The notes under the pieces were generated by a model. It was not told the origin of the DNA, did no database searches, and worked only from the letters and a program-made list of their open reading frames with translations. A DNA stretch of 10,972 nucleotides from Candidatus Micrarchaeota archaeon (GTDB taxonomy: Archaea; Micrarchaeota; Micrarchaeia; Norongarragalinales; SBBD01). Positions within the stretch are counted from its first letter, which is position 1, and every line of letters starts with the position of its first letter. Both the position numbers and the translations under genes were made by a program. The DNA is taken from positions 1-10,972 of the forward strand of contig JBBSVW010000057.1 in NCBI GenBank assembly GCA_038046605.1, given 5' to 3'. Shown here piece by piece: positions 1 to 7,462 of the stretch.

Positions 1-1017
1 CATCATCCCGGATATGTCCAATCCGACGTACTGGAAATAATATGAAACCGCAAGCACTGCCGGGGATACGCCAAGGAGCAGGAAGGAATATTTGGAGATT
101 TTTTCCCCAATTGCAAGCCAGAGCAGGATGCAAAGGGTTGCGGATGAAAATGCAAGCAGGAGGGAATTGAAAATAGGGGTTAGGGGAATTGGCGCAAAAT
201 TCAGCCTAAGCAGGGGGCCAAAAAGGACCGCAAGAAAAATCACAAGGTAAGGGATGGAAAGCAAAAAGGCGAAGCGGCTTTTTTTCCTTGGAATTGCCGA
301 TAAATGCCAGGGCACGCTTTTCCATGCAAATGCAACCGGAATGAATATTGCCATTTGCAGGAACGCAAGGAAAATCCCCTTTTGAATATTGAAATCCCTA
401 AAGAAACTCCGGAAAATCTCAACTTCCAAAGTGGAATTGGAAATGCCCCCGAAAATCAGCGGGATGGAAAAACTGGTAAACGAAAAAGCAAATACGATGG
501 CAAACGAGGAGAGGATTGCCGGAAGAAGGGATGGAAGGGTAATTCGCGCAAAAGATTGACGAGGGCTTGCGCCAAGGGTCCTTGAAGCGCCTACAAGCGA
601 TGAATTGGAAAGCCATTTTGCGCCAATAATCCTTGCTGCCAGGGGGAAATTATATAATGAATGCGCAAGGATTATCCCCTCAAGAGTGTAGAGGGAAAAA
701 GGCAAATCGAACAACCCGTTTGCGCCAAATAGGGCAACTAGTGAAAGGATCATGGCGGGCTGGGGAAGCACAAGGGGGATTAGTGAGAGGGCGGAGAGGA
801 GTTTTGCTAGGGGCGAGCGCTTGGTCAGAATGTAGGCGAGTGGAAACCCAAGCAATATCGAAAAAATTGCGCTAATGGATGCCTGGAAAATGTTCCGCGC
901 TATTAGGGAATAGGGGATTTGGAAAATTGCGAGGTTGAAAAAAAGCAGGGCTAGTGGAAACAAAAGGAAAATTGCAAAAAAGCCAATTCCAATCAATTCG
1001 AAAGCGCTTCTTCCCAT
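1..1017 (-). CDS. thiP: Thiamine ABC transporter permease (ThiP/FbpB-type), truncated by left window edge
   Basis: Not in the ORF track because it runs off the edge. Hand translation from ATG at 1017 gives MGRSAFELIGIGFFAIFLLFPL...NIFQASISAIFSILLGFPLAY...LIPLVLP...GIILAHSLYNFPLAARII...GASRTLGASPRQSFARITLPSLLP...FSFTSFSIPLIFGG...TLEV. These match ThiP-type TM segments and an EAA-like loop. The frame still reads as membrane protein at position 1. The start overlaps the thiB stop. Confidence 0.9.
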   Translation of the reverse strand, partial: MGRSAFELIGIGFFAIFLLFPLALLFFNLAIFQIPYSLIARNIFQASISAIFSILLGFPLAYILTKRSPLAKLLSALSLIPLVLPQPAMILSLVALFGANGLFDLPFSLYTLEGIILAHSLYNFPLAARIIGAKWLSNSSLVGASRTLGASPRQSFARITLPSLLPAILSSFAIVFAFSFTSFSIPLIFGGISNSTLEVEIFRSFFRDFNIQKGIFLAFLQMAIFIPVAFAWKSVPWHLSAIPRKKSRFAFLLSIPYLVIFLAVLFGPLLRLNFAPIPLTPIFNSLLLAFSSATLCILLWLAIGEKISKYSFLLLGVSPAVLAVSYYFQYVGLDISGMM

Positions 1018-2138
1018 ATTTTTTCCCTTTTTTCATCATCAACAATTGTGTAATTGGAAGGGATGGGAATTTGCGCCAATCTGAAGGCATCGGGAATGGG
1101 GGTTTTTGCCACGGAAGGATACATGAAATTCCCAAGGGGGATTTCCATCTGGGCATTGGCGGAAAGCATGAAATCGATGAATTCTTCGGCAAGTTTGCGG
1201 TTTTTTGATCCCTTGACAATCGAAACGAATTCGACCTGCCTTGGAAGGGATTGGAATAATGCGGCTTTGTAGCGCGTAGTGTTTTCATTCACAATGTGGT
1301 ATGCCGGGGAGGTGGAATAACTAAGCACAATTGGCACTTCGCCCTGCAAAAAGAGGTTGTAGCCTTCGGTCCAGCCAGGAGTGATTGTCAATAGGTTCGG
1401 CTTTAGCCGAGAAAGATAATCACCGGCCTTATCGCCATATTCGCTTGCAACCCAATGCAGAAAAACCTTGCCAGGCGAGGAAGTGCGCGCATCCTCAATT
1501 ATTATTTTTTTGCGGTATTCGGGCAACGTGAGATCTTCAAGGGATTTTGGCGGCGAGCCTACTTTATTCGAGTCATAGACAAAGGCGAGGTAGCCCCAGT
1601 CGAAGGGGATGAAGCGGTAATCTGGCAGATTTGTATTTGGGAGTTTGGGAAAAAGAAAAGGATCGATGGAGTCAATCGCATTTGGCCCATATGGCTCAAA
1701 TAGGGCCCCATCAATTGCTTTTTGCATGAAAGTGTTGTCGGTGCCAAGGGCGATATCCGCCATGGGATTTTCCTTCTCGAAAATAAGCTGTGAAATGAAC
1801 GCGCCCACATCGCCTTTTGCAACCACTTTCAATTTGCAGCCGCACTTCCCCTCGAATTTGGGGAATATTTTTGGGCCCAATCCCCATTCCGATGTGATGC
1901 CATCATAGGTGTAAATTACAAGCTCGCGGATTGGGAGGGGAGGCGAATTTGCAGCAAGGGGGGAGGGCGATGAAAATATCGCCGGGGAAACAGTTGGCAT
2001 ATTTCGGGGATCGCCATTCCCTCCAACCACCACAATATCCACATTACGGACAGAGGGTTTTTCGGTTATTTTTGTTATTAACAAGGCTCCCGCTAAGAGT
2101 ATCAGGGATATTATGATGAATTTTGAAATTTCCCCCAT
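993..2138 (-). CDS. thiB: Thiamine ABC transporter substrate-binding protein (ThiB/TbpA), N-terminal TM anchor plus Pro/Ser linker
   Basis: Motifs LVIYTYDG..SEWGLGPKIFPKFE..CGC, ADIALGTDN, PFDWGYLAFVYD, DARTSSPG, GWTEGYNLFLQGE, VLSYSTSPAYH, RQVE and NFMYP are characteristic of ThiB. ATG at 2138 is preferred over TTG at 2147. Confidence 0.93.
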   Translation of the reverse strand: MGEISKFIIISLILLAGALLITKITEKPSVRNVDIVVVGGNGDPRNMPTVSPAIFSSPSPLAANSPPLPIRELVIYTYDGITSEWGLGPKIFPKFEGKCGCKLKVVAKGDVGAFISQLIFEKENPMADIALGTDNTFMQKAIDGALFEPYGPNAIDSIDPFLFPKLPNTNLPDYRFIPFDWGYLAFVYDSNKVGSPPKSLEDLTLPEYRKKIIIEDARTSSPGKVFLHWVASEYGDKAGDYLSRLKPNLLTITPGWTEGYNLFLQGEVPIVLSYSTSPAYHIVNENTTRYKAALFQSLPRQVEFVSIVKGSKNRKLAEEFIDFMLSANAQMEIPLGNFMYPSVAKTPIPDAFRLAQIPIPSNYTIVDDEKREKIWEEALSN

Positions 2139-2209
2139 CGCCTTCAACTGATCCCGATATGAATTGGGCAGGTTAAAAGCGGCTTCCCGGTTTATAAAGC
2201 ATATTTATA
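2139..2209 (-). promoter_or_regulatory. thiBP promoter region: TATA box plus inverted repeat adjacent to the start codon
   Basis: TTTATAAA at 2191-2198 and a second TATA-like TATAAATA (minus strand) at 2202-2209. Imperfect inverted repeat CGCCTTCAACTG (2139-2150) / CAGGTTAAAAGCG (2169-2181). Confidence 0.45.
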
Positions 2210-3188
2210 CCGGAAGGGATTTTTCGAAAAACTTTTGCAATAATAGGGTGTGTGCGAATGCCTTATCCTGGAATGGCTTAGTGTGGAAGTAGTGCTTTTC
2301 CCCAATGGGATGGATTGGCAGGAAATCATTTGCAATCCAATTCGCAATCAAGGAATTGTATGGAATCCAGAATTCTTTTATGGACGAGGAAATGTTTTCC
2401 CTATCGCCTTCATCAAATCCCTTGAAATATGAATTCAGGAAGGCAATTGCCTGCGGCTTATTGATGAAATACGGCCTTGCCCAGGAGGAGTTGAAGGGGG
2501 AGAGGATGTTGCAAACATCAAGCGCTGCGCAAGAATACATCGCCCAGCCCCAATCTATCAAATAGGGGCGGTTTTTCGAGATGAGGATGTTTTCGGATGT
2601 GAGGTCGTTGTGGATGAGGCACTGATAATTGCCGGTTGATGGCTCTGATTTTTCCAGGCGGGCCTTTGCCAGTTTGGCAAGCTTATTGATTGGGGAATTT
2701 TGGGGGGAACGTACGGCATCGATTTGCGCCTTTTTTTCCAGGTAGGTTTCCACATCCTCGACGCGGTATTGGCAAATTGACTTTTTCCCCCTGGTTTTGT
2801 GGTGAAGCCTGTGAAGAAGGCGGGCAACAGAAGGCAGATCCTTTGAATAATCCAAATCGGATCCATCGACAAATTCCTGCACGCTGTAGGGGAATTTCCT
2901 TCCGGATATTGTTATTGAGCCAAATGAGAGGAACCTGGGCGAAATGTCAAGGCTGGAAATTTTTTCCGCCAGCTTTTTTTCATATCCCGCCTGGATGAAA
3001 ACCGTGGGCTTGCTTGCGGGCGCAACGGCGAATTTTACCAAAAGCGATTTGGCGCTCGATTCGACCCTAAAGGCGATGTTTGCAATGCCCGCCCGAAGGA
3101 AGGAGGCACTTGCGCTTGCACCAAAATAAGGCAGGGCTTGCGCATGCTTTTGAAGCAGTGGAATTAGCCTGCTCTTTTTTTGCTCCAT
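2205..3188 (-). CDS. APH/choline-ethanolamine kinase family phosphotransferase (candidate thiamine kinase)
   Basis: Brenner motif LIHNDLTSENIL, Mg-binding LIDWGWA, hinge VQEFVDG, LLHRLH and an N-lobe LLVK lysine. Co-oriented directly upstream of thiB. Confidence 0.82.
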   Translation of the reverse strand: MEQKKSRLIPLLQKHAQALPYFGASASASFLRAGIANIAFRVESSAKSLLVKFAVAPASKPTVFIQAGYEKKLAEKISSLDISPRFLSFGSITISGRKFPYSVQEFVDGSDLDYSKDLPSVARLLHRLHHKTRGKKSICQYRVEDVETYLEKKAQIDAVRSPQNSPINKLAKLAKARLEKSEPSTGNYQCLIHNDLTSENILISKNRPYLIDWGWAMYSCAALDVCNILSPFNSSWARPYFINKPQAIAFLNSYFKGFDEGDRENISSSIKEFWIPYNSLIANWIANDFLPIHPIGEKHYFHTKPFQDKAFAHTLLLQKFFEKSLPV

Positions 3189-3260
3189 AAATATGATTTT
3201 GAAAATCGGTGTGGAAATAAGGCGCGAAACGGGGAAGGCAAAAGCGGGGCAACGCTAAAA

Positions 3261-3827
3261 CTAAAGCGCGCGGAGCATTTCGCTCCTGGCATTTTCAATT
3301 TGCCCCCGGATCATATCCTGCTTGTGCTTAAGGCCGCCAACTAGCGAACCCGAATACTTTAGCACCATCAGGTTATCGTAAATCTCGTTCATCTTGTCGA
3401 AATAGTACTGGGCGTCCTCCTTTTTGCCATCGCGAAGCGATAGCTGCAAGGCGCGCCTTAATTCCCCAACAACATCGGCAAGGCCAGATAGCCATGGCTG
3501 GAATTCGACTTCCAGCTCCTCATAATCGGGGATTTCCCTGCGCTTCAAAATGGCGGAAAGGACCTTTATTTCAACTATTTCCTGGTAGCATTGCTGGGAA
3601 ATATGGCCAAAATCAGAATCGTGCTTTTTAAGCTCGCCAATTTTGCCATCAATCTGCTTGACGAGGGCTTCCATTTCCTCGTATTCGCGCATGTGGATGC
3701 TTTTTATTGCGCGCGCGCAGTCGCGGATGGTTTCCCTCGAAAGGCGAAGGACAACGTCCTGGTTTTTTTCGCGCTCATCAAGTATTTTGGTAATTTTTGA
3801 AATCGCAGCTTTCAGCTTAGCATCCAT
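3261..3827 (-). CDS. Translin/Trax (C3PO-like) family RNA-binding nuclease
   Basis: LRLSRETIRDCARAIKSIH, YQEIVE and WLSGLADVVGELRR match the archaeal translin signature. 188 aa, helical-looking. SD GGTGA lies 7 nt before the ATG. Confidence 0.88.
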   Translation of the reverse strand: MDAKLKAAISKITKILDEREKNQDVVLRLSRETIRDCARAIKSIHMREYEEMEALVKQIDGKIGELKKHDSDFGHISQQCYQEIVEIKVLSAILKRREIPDYEELEVEFQPWLSGLADVVGELRRALQLSLRDGKKEDAQYYFDKMNEIYDNLMVLKYSGSLVGGLKHKQDMIRGQIENARSEMLRAL

Positions 3828-3954
3828 AATTTATTCACCTAAAAAAGCATTTGATTGCAGCATTGGAAATGCGGCATTTTCGCCCAGTTAACCAATGTGT
3901 CAGTCTCCGTGATTGATGGAATATTTTAATAACCTGAGATTAATAACCGTTTTG

Positions 3955-4653
3955 ATGGATATGAAGGCAATCGTAATTTCCCTTGGTGGATCGCTGCTTT
4001 TCAAGGAGGGTAAATTCGACAGGGAGCATGCTGCAGGACTAGCCAAAGTATTTATGGAAATTGCGGCAAAAGGGCAAAAACTGGCAATAATCACCGGCGG
4101 GGGCATGCGGGCAAGGGAATATGCCAATGCCGCAAGGAAAAAATACGGGAGCGAATTCTTCGCGGATAGGGAGGCAATAAAGGCGACGCGTGAAAATGCC
4201 ATGGAGATGATCAAATTAATAGGAAAGGCGTCTTATGGGAAGGCCATGATGGCTTTCGATGACATCGATGCCGCTTTCAAAACCCACAATATTGCGCTGG
4301 GAGGGGGGATGCTGGAAGGACTTACAACCGATGCCGTTTCCGTGCTATTTGCAGAAAAGCTAGGGGCAAGGTGCGTTGTGAATCTTGGGGATACCGATGG
4401 CATTTACACGGCGGATCCAAAAAAGGACAGGAATGCTAAAAGGCTGGAGATAATGACGCACGGCGAATTGGTTGATTTGGCAGTGAAAAACGATTCAAGA
4501 AGGGCAGGGACGCATTTCGTGTTTGACCTGGTGGCAGCAAAGCTTGCGGCAAGGAGCAATATCGAACTGCGGTTCGTGAATGGGAAGGATTTAATTTCCT
4601 TGAAGGGAGCGATTAGTGGAAATCATTTCGATGGAACAAGAGTGAGAGATTAA
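3955..4653 (+). CDS. pyrH: UMP kinase (uridylate kinase), archaeal type
   Basis: AIVISLGGS, IITGGGMRAREY, ATRENA, GLTTDAVSVLFAE, DGIYTADPKKD and AGTHFVFDLVAAKLAARS. Start placed at ATG 3955 (alternative 3961) rather than 3913 because TTTTAATA at 3924-3931 predicts a near-leaderless transcript there. Confidence 0.95.
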   Translation: MDMKAIVISLGGSLLFKEGKFDREHAAGLAKVFMEIAAKGQKLAIITGGGMRAREYANAARKKYGSEFFADREAIKATRENAMEMIKLIGKASYGKAMMAFDDIDAAFKTHNIALGGGMLEGLTTDAVSVLFAEKLGARCVVNLGDTDGIYTADPKKDRNAKRLEIMTHGELVDLAVKNDSRRAGTHFVFDLVAAKLAARSNIELRFVNGKDLISLKGAISGNHFDGTRVRD

Positions 4654-5372
4654 TGGCATCAAACAACCATAATTTAGCGGATGTATTGCGCGAGTTTTTC
4701 CCAAAAACAACTATCCCAAAAGGGATAAAAATGCTGCTTCTTGAAAAAACCAGGGAGGCACATCCAATAACTGGACAAATTAATCCGCATTCGGTTATTT
4801 CCGATCCATTGATGCTTCGCTCATTCCTAACCCATGCAAGAAAAAAAGGGGCGCTCAATTATATGGGCATATCAGATGGCCCAACAAAGGGAAAAATGCT
4901 GTTAACATTTACCCAGGGAATATCTCAAATAGACACAAACAAGGCAAAATTCCTGGTAAGCTTGCTCAAGCAGCCACACGATGTCAAAACATTCGAGCAA
5001 TCTTTTGATAAACTGCTGCCAGTTCAGAAATTACAGGAAATCAAGACGCTTGCAAAGGGAAGGATAAAACGAGTGGAATTCCACAACAACCGGGAGAGGA
5101 ACTTTAGGGTCACCGATCCCCGTGTTCTCCACGCCCTTTTATCCGAAAGAAATGCAAGATTTGGATTAAACCACCTAGTAATTGACAGATTCGATGAAAG
5201 CACCAGCACCCTCCATCTCTCTACGCCTTGGGATCTTGACAAGGTTCCAACTGAAAAAGGCAAGGTGAAAGCGCCAGGGGACCTTGCCGCCTTTAATGAG
5301 GAAGGAGCGGAATTTCTTTCCACCCACTTCAGCCTTGCAACAACAGCCTCTAGGCACAAACTTCGAGAATGA
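4653..5372 (+). CDS. Hypothetical protein with an apparent internal two-fold repeat
   Basis: 239-aa ORF coupled to pyrH by a TAATG stop/start overlap. The two halves align (ISDPLMLRSFL/VTDPRVLHALL, GALNYMGI/FGLNHLVI). No family recognised. Confidence 0.7.
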   Translation: MASNNHNLADVLREFFPKTTIPKGIKMLLLEKTREAHPITGQINPHSVISDPLMLRSFLTHARKKGALNYMGISDGPTKGKMLLTFTQGISQIDTNKAKFLVSLLKQPHDVKTFEQSFDKLLPVQKLQEIKTLAKGRIKRVEFHNNRERNFRVTDPRVLHALLSERNARFGLNHLVIDRFDESTSTLHLSTPWDLDKVPTEKGKVKAPGDLAAFNEEGAEFLSTHFSLATTASRHKLRE

Positions 5373-5796
5373 TATGCCTGCCCCCTTGGATTGCAAGCCT
5401 CTTGATGCATGTTGATTCGCCATTAGGAGGAAGGGAAGATATTGGGATATTTTGCCCATCGCCTAATAAAATACTAATTTCGAATTTGCTATCCTTTTCC
5501 AAGCCAAAAAAGGTAGTTACGGATTTAATTGGAATTTTTTTGAATTCAATCAAATCTTCATTTGATATCACATTGGCATCAAGATATCCTTTGCTGCAAT
5601 CCGCCAAGCCAAAATCATTTGCACAGGAGGAAAGGAGCATGTCCGCCAAAAAAATTGCATCCCGCTCCCTTTCGATTTGGGAAAGCTGGTGGGATAGGGA
5701 ATTGGCTTGGAGGAAAAAAGCGCCAATTAGGAGAATTAGGGTAAAGGAGCTAAGCAGCAGGGAAATCAGGAAATCAATGGAAAGGAGGGCGCGCAT
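5350..5796 (-). CDS. Putative class III signal peptide (archaeal pilin-like) membrane protein
   Basis: The N-terminus MRA|LLSIDFLISLLLSSFTLILLIGAFF resembles a prepilin cleavage motif (basic residue, G/A, acidic +5, hydrophobic stretch). Four Cys. The 3' end overlaps the convergent ORF by 23 nt. Confidence 0.62.
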   Translation of the reverse strand: MRALLSIDFLISLLLSSFTLILLIGAFFLQANSLSHQLSQIERERDAIFLADMLLSSCANDFGLADCSKGYLDANVISNEDLIEFKKIPIKSVTTFFGLEKDSKFEISILLGDGQNIPISSLPPNGESTCIKRLAIQGGRHIILEVCA

Positions 5797-5840
5797 AATA
5801 GACCAACTTCTTCCACGACTATTACGAAATGAACAATTAG

Positions 5841-5895
5841 CTTTAAATAGCTAAAACCATATAGTAAAAGCTTACAGTTCGTAAAAAAATGGTGA
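5841..5895 (+). promoter_or_regulatory. TATA box and Shine-Dalgarno for the 5902 gene
   Basis: TTTAAATA at 5842-5849 in a divergent intergenic region. GGTGA at 5891-5895, 6 nt before ATG 5902. Confidence 0.5.
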
Positions 5896-5901
5896 TTTCG
5901 C

Positions 5902-6732
5902 ATGTACGGTGGCCCGGTCGCTGGCAGAAGCACTCATCTTGAGAGCTCAATTCCATTGATTCTGATAATCATACTTGCAATATTTGTTGCGGGTCAACTA
6001 GGGGTAATCAATCTAGGCGACATACCAGGAGTTGGTTCGATCTTTGGCGGAGGAAATCAAATCAAGGTCGGTGTTGTAGGAACGCCTTCCCAGGGAATTA
6101 GATCCTATCTTGCAAGCACCGATGCACAGTTCCAAAAAATCAAGCTTTCGGGCATTTTGAGGGCGGAATCACTAAAGGCTTCCGGAGCGCTAAAAACATT
6201 TGACGTGATCATCCTCCAAGGGCAGCCTGTTTGCGACCGCACGGCAAGGAGGATACTTACCGAATGGGTCAAGGGAGGAGGGAAACTAATAGTAGTCGGG
6301 GATGCATGCACCCGTGTTAATGATGACAATTCAGCCCTTGGCTGGAACATTGGTGTTGGGCTTCTTGGAGATATAATGCCAGTAACTGTTGGCGGGCTAA
6401 CACCGCAGGCAGAGCCAATTAGGAGAGGGTGCTCTTCTGGGACATTCACAACTGCAAATTTTGGCCACCCGATTGTAAATGGGATAAAGGATTACCCATT
6501 CACGGGGCAGACAATTGAAACCGTTCCAAACAACGGAAACATCATTGCATACATTGACTGCGGAACTTCCGGAAGAGGAAGCTCGGCTACAACGCCTGCA
6601 ATTGTTGAGAACTCGGCATTGCTTGGAGGAAAGACGGTGTACTTTGCGTATGATCCGGGCATTGCGGGCCTCACCAACGGAAGGGAACTGTTCATTAATA
6701 CCCTGAAGTACCTCAAGAGCCAGAAAGGCTGA
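5902..6732 (+). CDS. Membrane-anchored extracellular protein with class I glutamine-amidotransferase-like (DUF4350/ThuA-like) fold
   Basis: N-terminal TM IPLILIIILAIFVAG. FDVIILQG...ILTEWVKGGGKLIVVG, HPIVNGI and GKTVYFAYDPG...LFINTLKYL are typical of GATase-like domains. Good SD. Confidence 0.72.
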   Translation: MYGGPVAGRSTHLESSIPLILIIILAIFVAGQLGVINLGDIPGVGSIFGGGNQIKVGVVGTPSQGIRSYLASTDAQFQKIKLSGILRAESLKASGALKTFDVIILQGQPVCDRTARRILTEWVKGGGKLIVVGDACTRVNDDNSALGWNIGVGLLGDIMPVTVGGLTPQAEPIRRGCSSGTFTTANFGHPIVNGIKDYPFTGQTIETVPNNGNIIAYIDCGTSGRGSSATTPAIVENSALLGGKTVYFAYDPGIAGLTNGRELFINTLKYLKSQKG

Positions 6733-6872
6733 CACCCCATAGGGGGATATGCACTAGAATCTCAAAGATTCTAGGCATGCCCAGAATTTTCAATTCTGGA
6801 GCATCCCCCTACCACGTGCCACGCAGACCTTGAGTCTGCTGAGCCGCAAAATAGATTTTGCGGTCGCCGCCT
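6726..6872. other. Highly structured intergenic element (candidate ncRNA or palindromic repeat element)
   Basis: Stems: TAGGGGGAT(AT)GC 6740-6752 / GCATCCCCCTA 6801-6811, enclosing CTAGAATCT-CAA-AGATTCTAG (6754-6774) and CCAGAATT-TTC-AATTCTGG (6781-6799). Then GCAGAC-CTTGA-GTCTGC (6823-6839) and CCGCAAAAT-AG-ATTTTGCGG (6844-6863). Possible closing stem AGGCTGAC/GTCG-CC-GCCT. Confidence 0.6.
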
Positions 6873-6927
6873 ACTCCCTTATTTACTTTTTTATTTCCTA
6901 GAATAGTGCAACAAAGGGGTAATTGCC

Positions 6928-7371
6928 ATAATCATCGGAATCGATTCAGGCGCAACATTCGCTTTCGCAGCCCTTAATTTCAATGGCGAAGTAATTGCAT
7001 TGAGGAGTAGGAGGAATGCGAGGAGGGAGGATATTATCCGGATGCTTGAGCCATTCGAGCCGGTAATCATAGCTAGCGATACAAACCCGCCTTCAAAGCT
7101 GAGCAGATGGCTGGCAGCTGCATTCAAATGCAGGCTTTCTTTCCCATCAAAGTCGGCAACGCAAATGGAAAAAATAAGGATTACGCGAAATTGCAATTTC
7201 AAGAATGCGCATGAACGAGACGCACTTTCTGCTGCGCGCAAAGCGTATTTCAAGATCGCAAACAAGATGAGGCAGGTGGAGAGGCACTATCGGGAAGCAG
7301 CCAGTGCACTGGAAATTGATGCCACGAAAAAAATTGTTGCGAAGGGCACCCGCATGGCGGATATTTTATAA
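6928..7371 (+). CDS. DUF460 domain protein (RNase H-like fold), short form, apparent non-AUG start
   Basis: The frame of ORF 7000..7371 extends upstream as IIIGIDSGATFAFAALNFNGEV, then PVIIASDTNP and NAHERDALSAARKAY, which are DUF460 hallmarks. In-frame TAG at 6904. There is no ATG/GTG/TTG before the GID motif. SD-like GGGGT at 6916-6920. Confidence 0.8.
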   Translation: MIIGIDSGATFAFAALNFNGEVIALRSRRNARREDIIRMLEPFEPVIIASDTNPPSKLSRWLAAAFKCRLSFPSKSATQMEKIRITRNCNFKNAHERDALSAARKAYFKIANKMRQVERHYREAASALEIDATKKIVAKGTRMADIL

Positions 7372-7462
7372 AAGACAATTAACCGCATGGGGAATTGGGC
7401 AATAGCGCAGATTAATCGGTTCAAATAAGTTCCTCCCCGATCTGCCGCATAAGCCAAATGAT

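Noticed and set aside
240-1288. Short ORFs 240..422, 304..585, 419..616, 633..875, 872..1288, 954..1208 and 1054..1272
   Set aside because: Shadow frames of thiP and thiB.
2139-2204. TPP riboswitch upstream of thiB
   Set aside because: Only AACCTG resembles the aptamer. The CTGAGA motif and P2/P3 arms are absent and the space is too short.
3913-3954. N-terminal extension of PyrH given by the ORF track
   Set aside because: It overlaps the TATA-like element, and archaeal PyrH begins at the MK.IVISLGGS strand.
6823-6839. Minus-strand GCAGA-CTCAAGG-TCTGC looks like a tRNA-Leu(CAA) anticodon arm
   Set aside because: No T-arm (GTTCRA), D-loop GG or matching acceptor stem could be assembled around it, even allowing introns. 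The same stem recurs at 10373 with a different loop.
7372-7462. Box C/D guide RNA or structured element next to nop5
   Set aside because: No properly spaced RUGAUGA/CUGA boxes here or in 8255-8431. There is only a weak GCAGAT/ATCTGC pairing.
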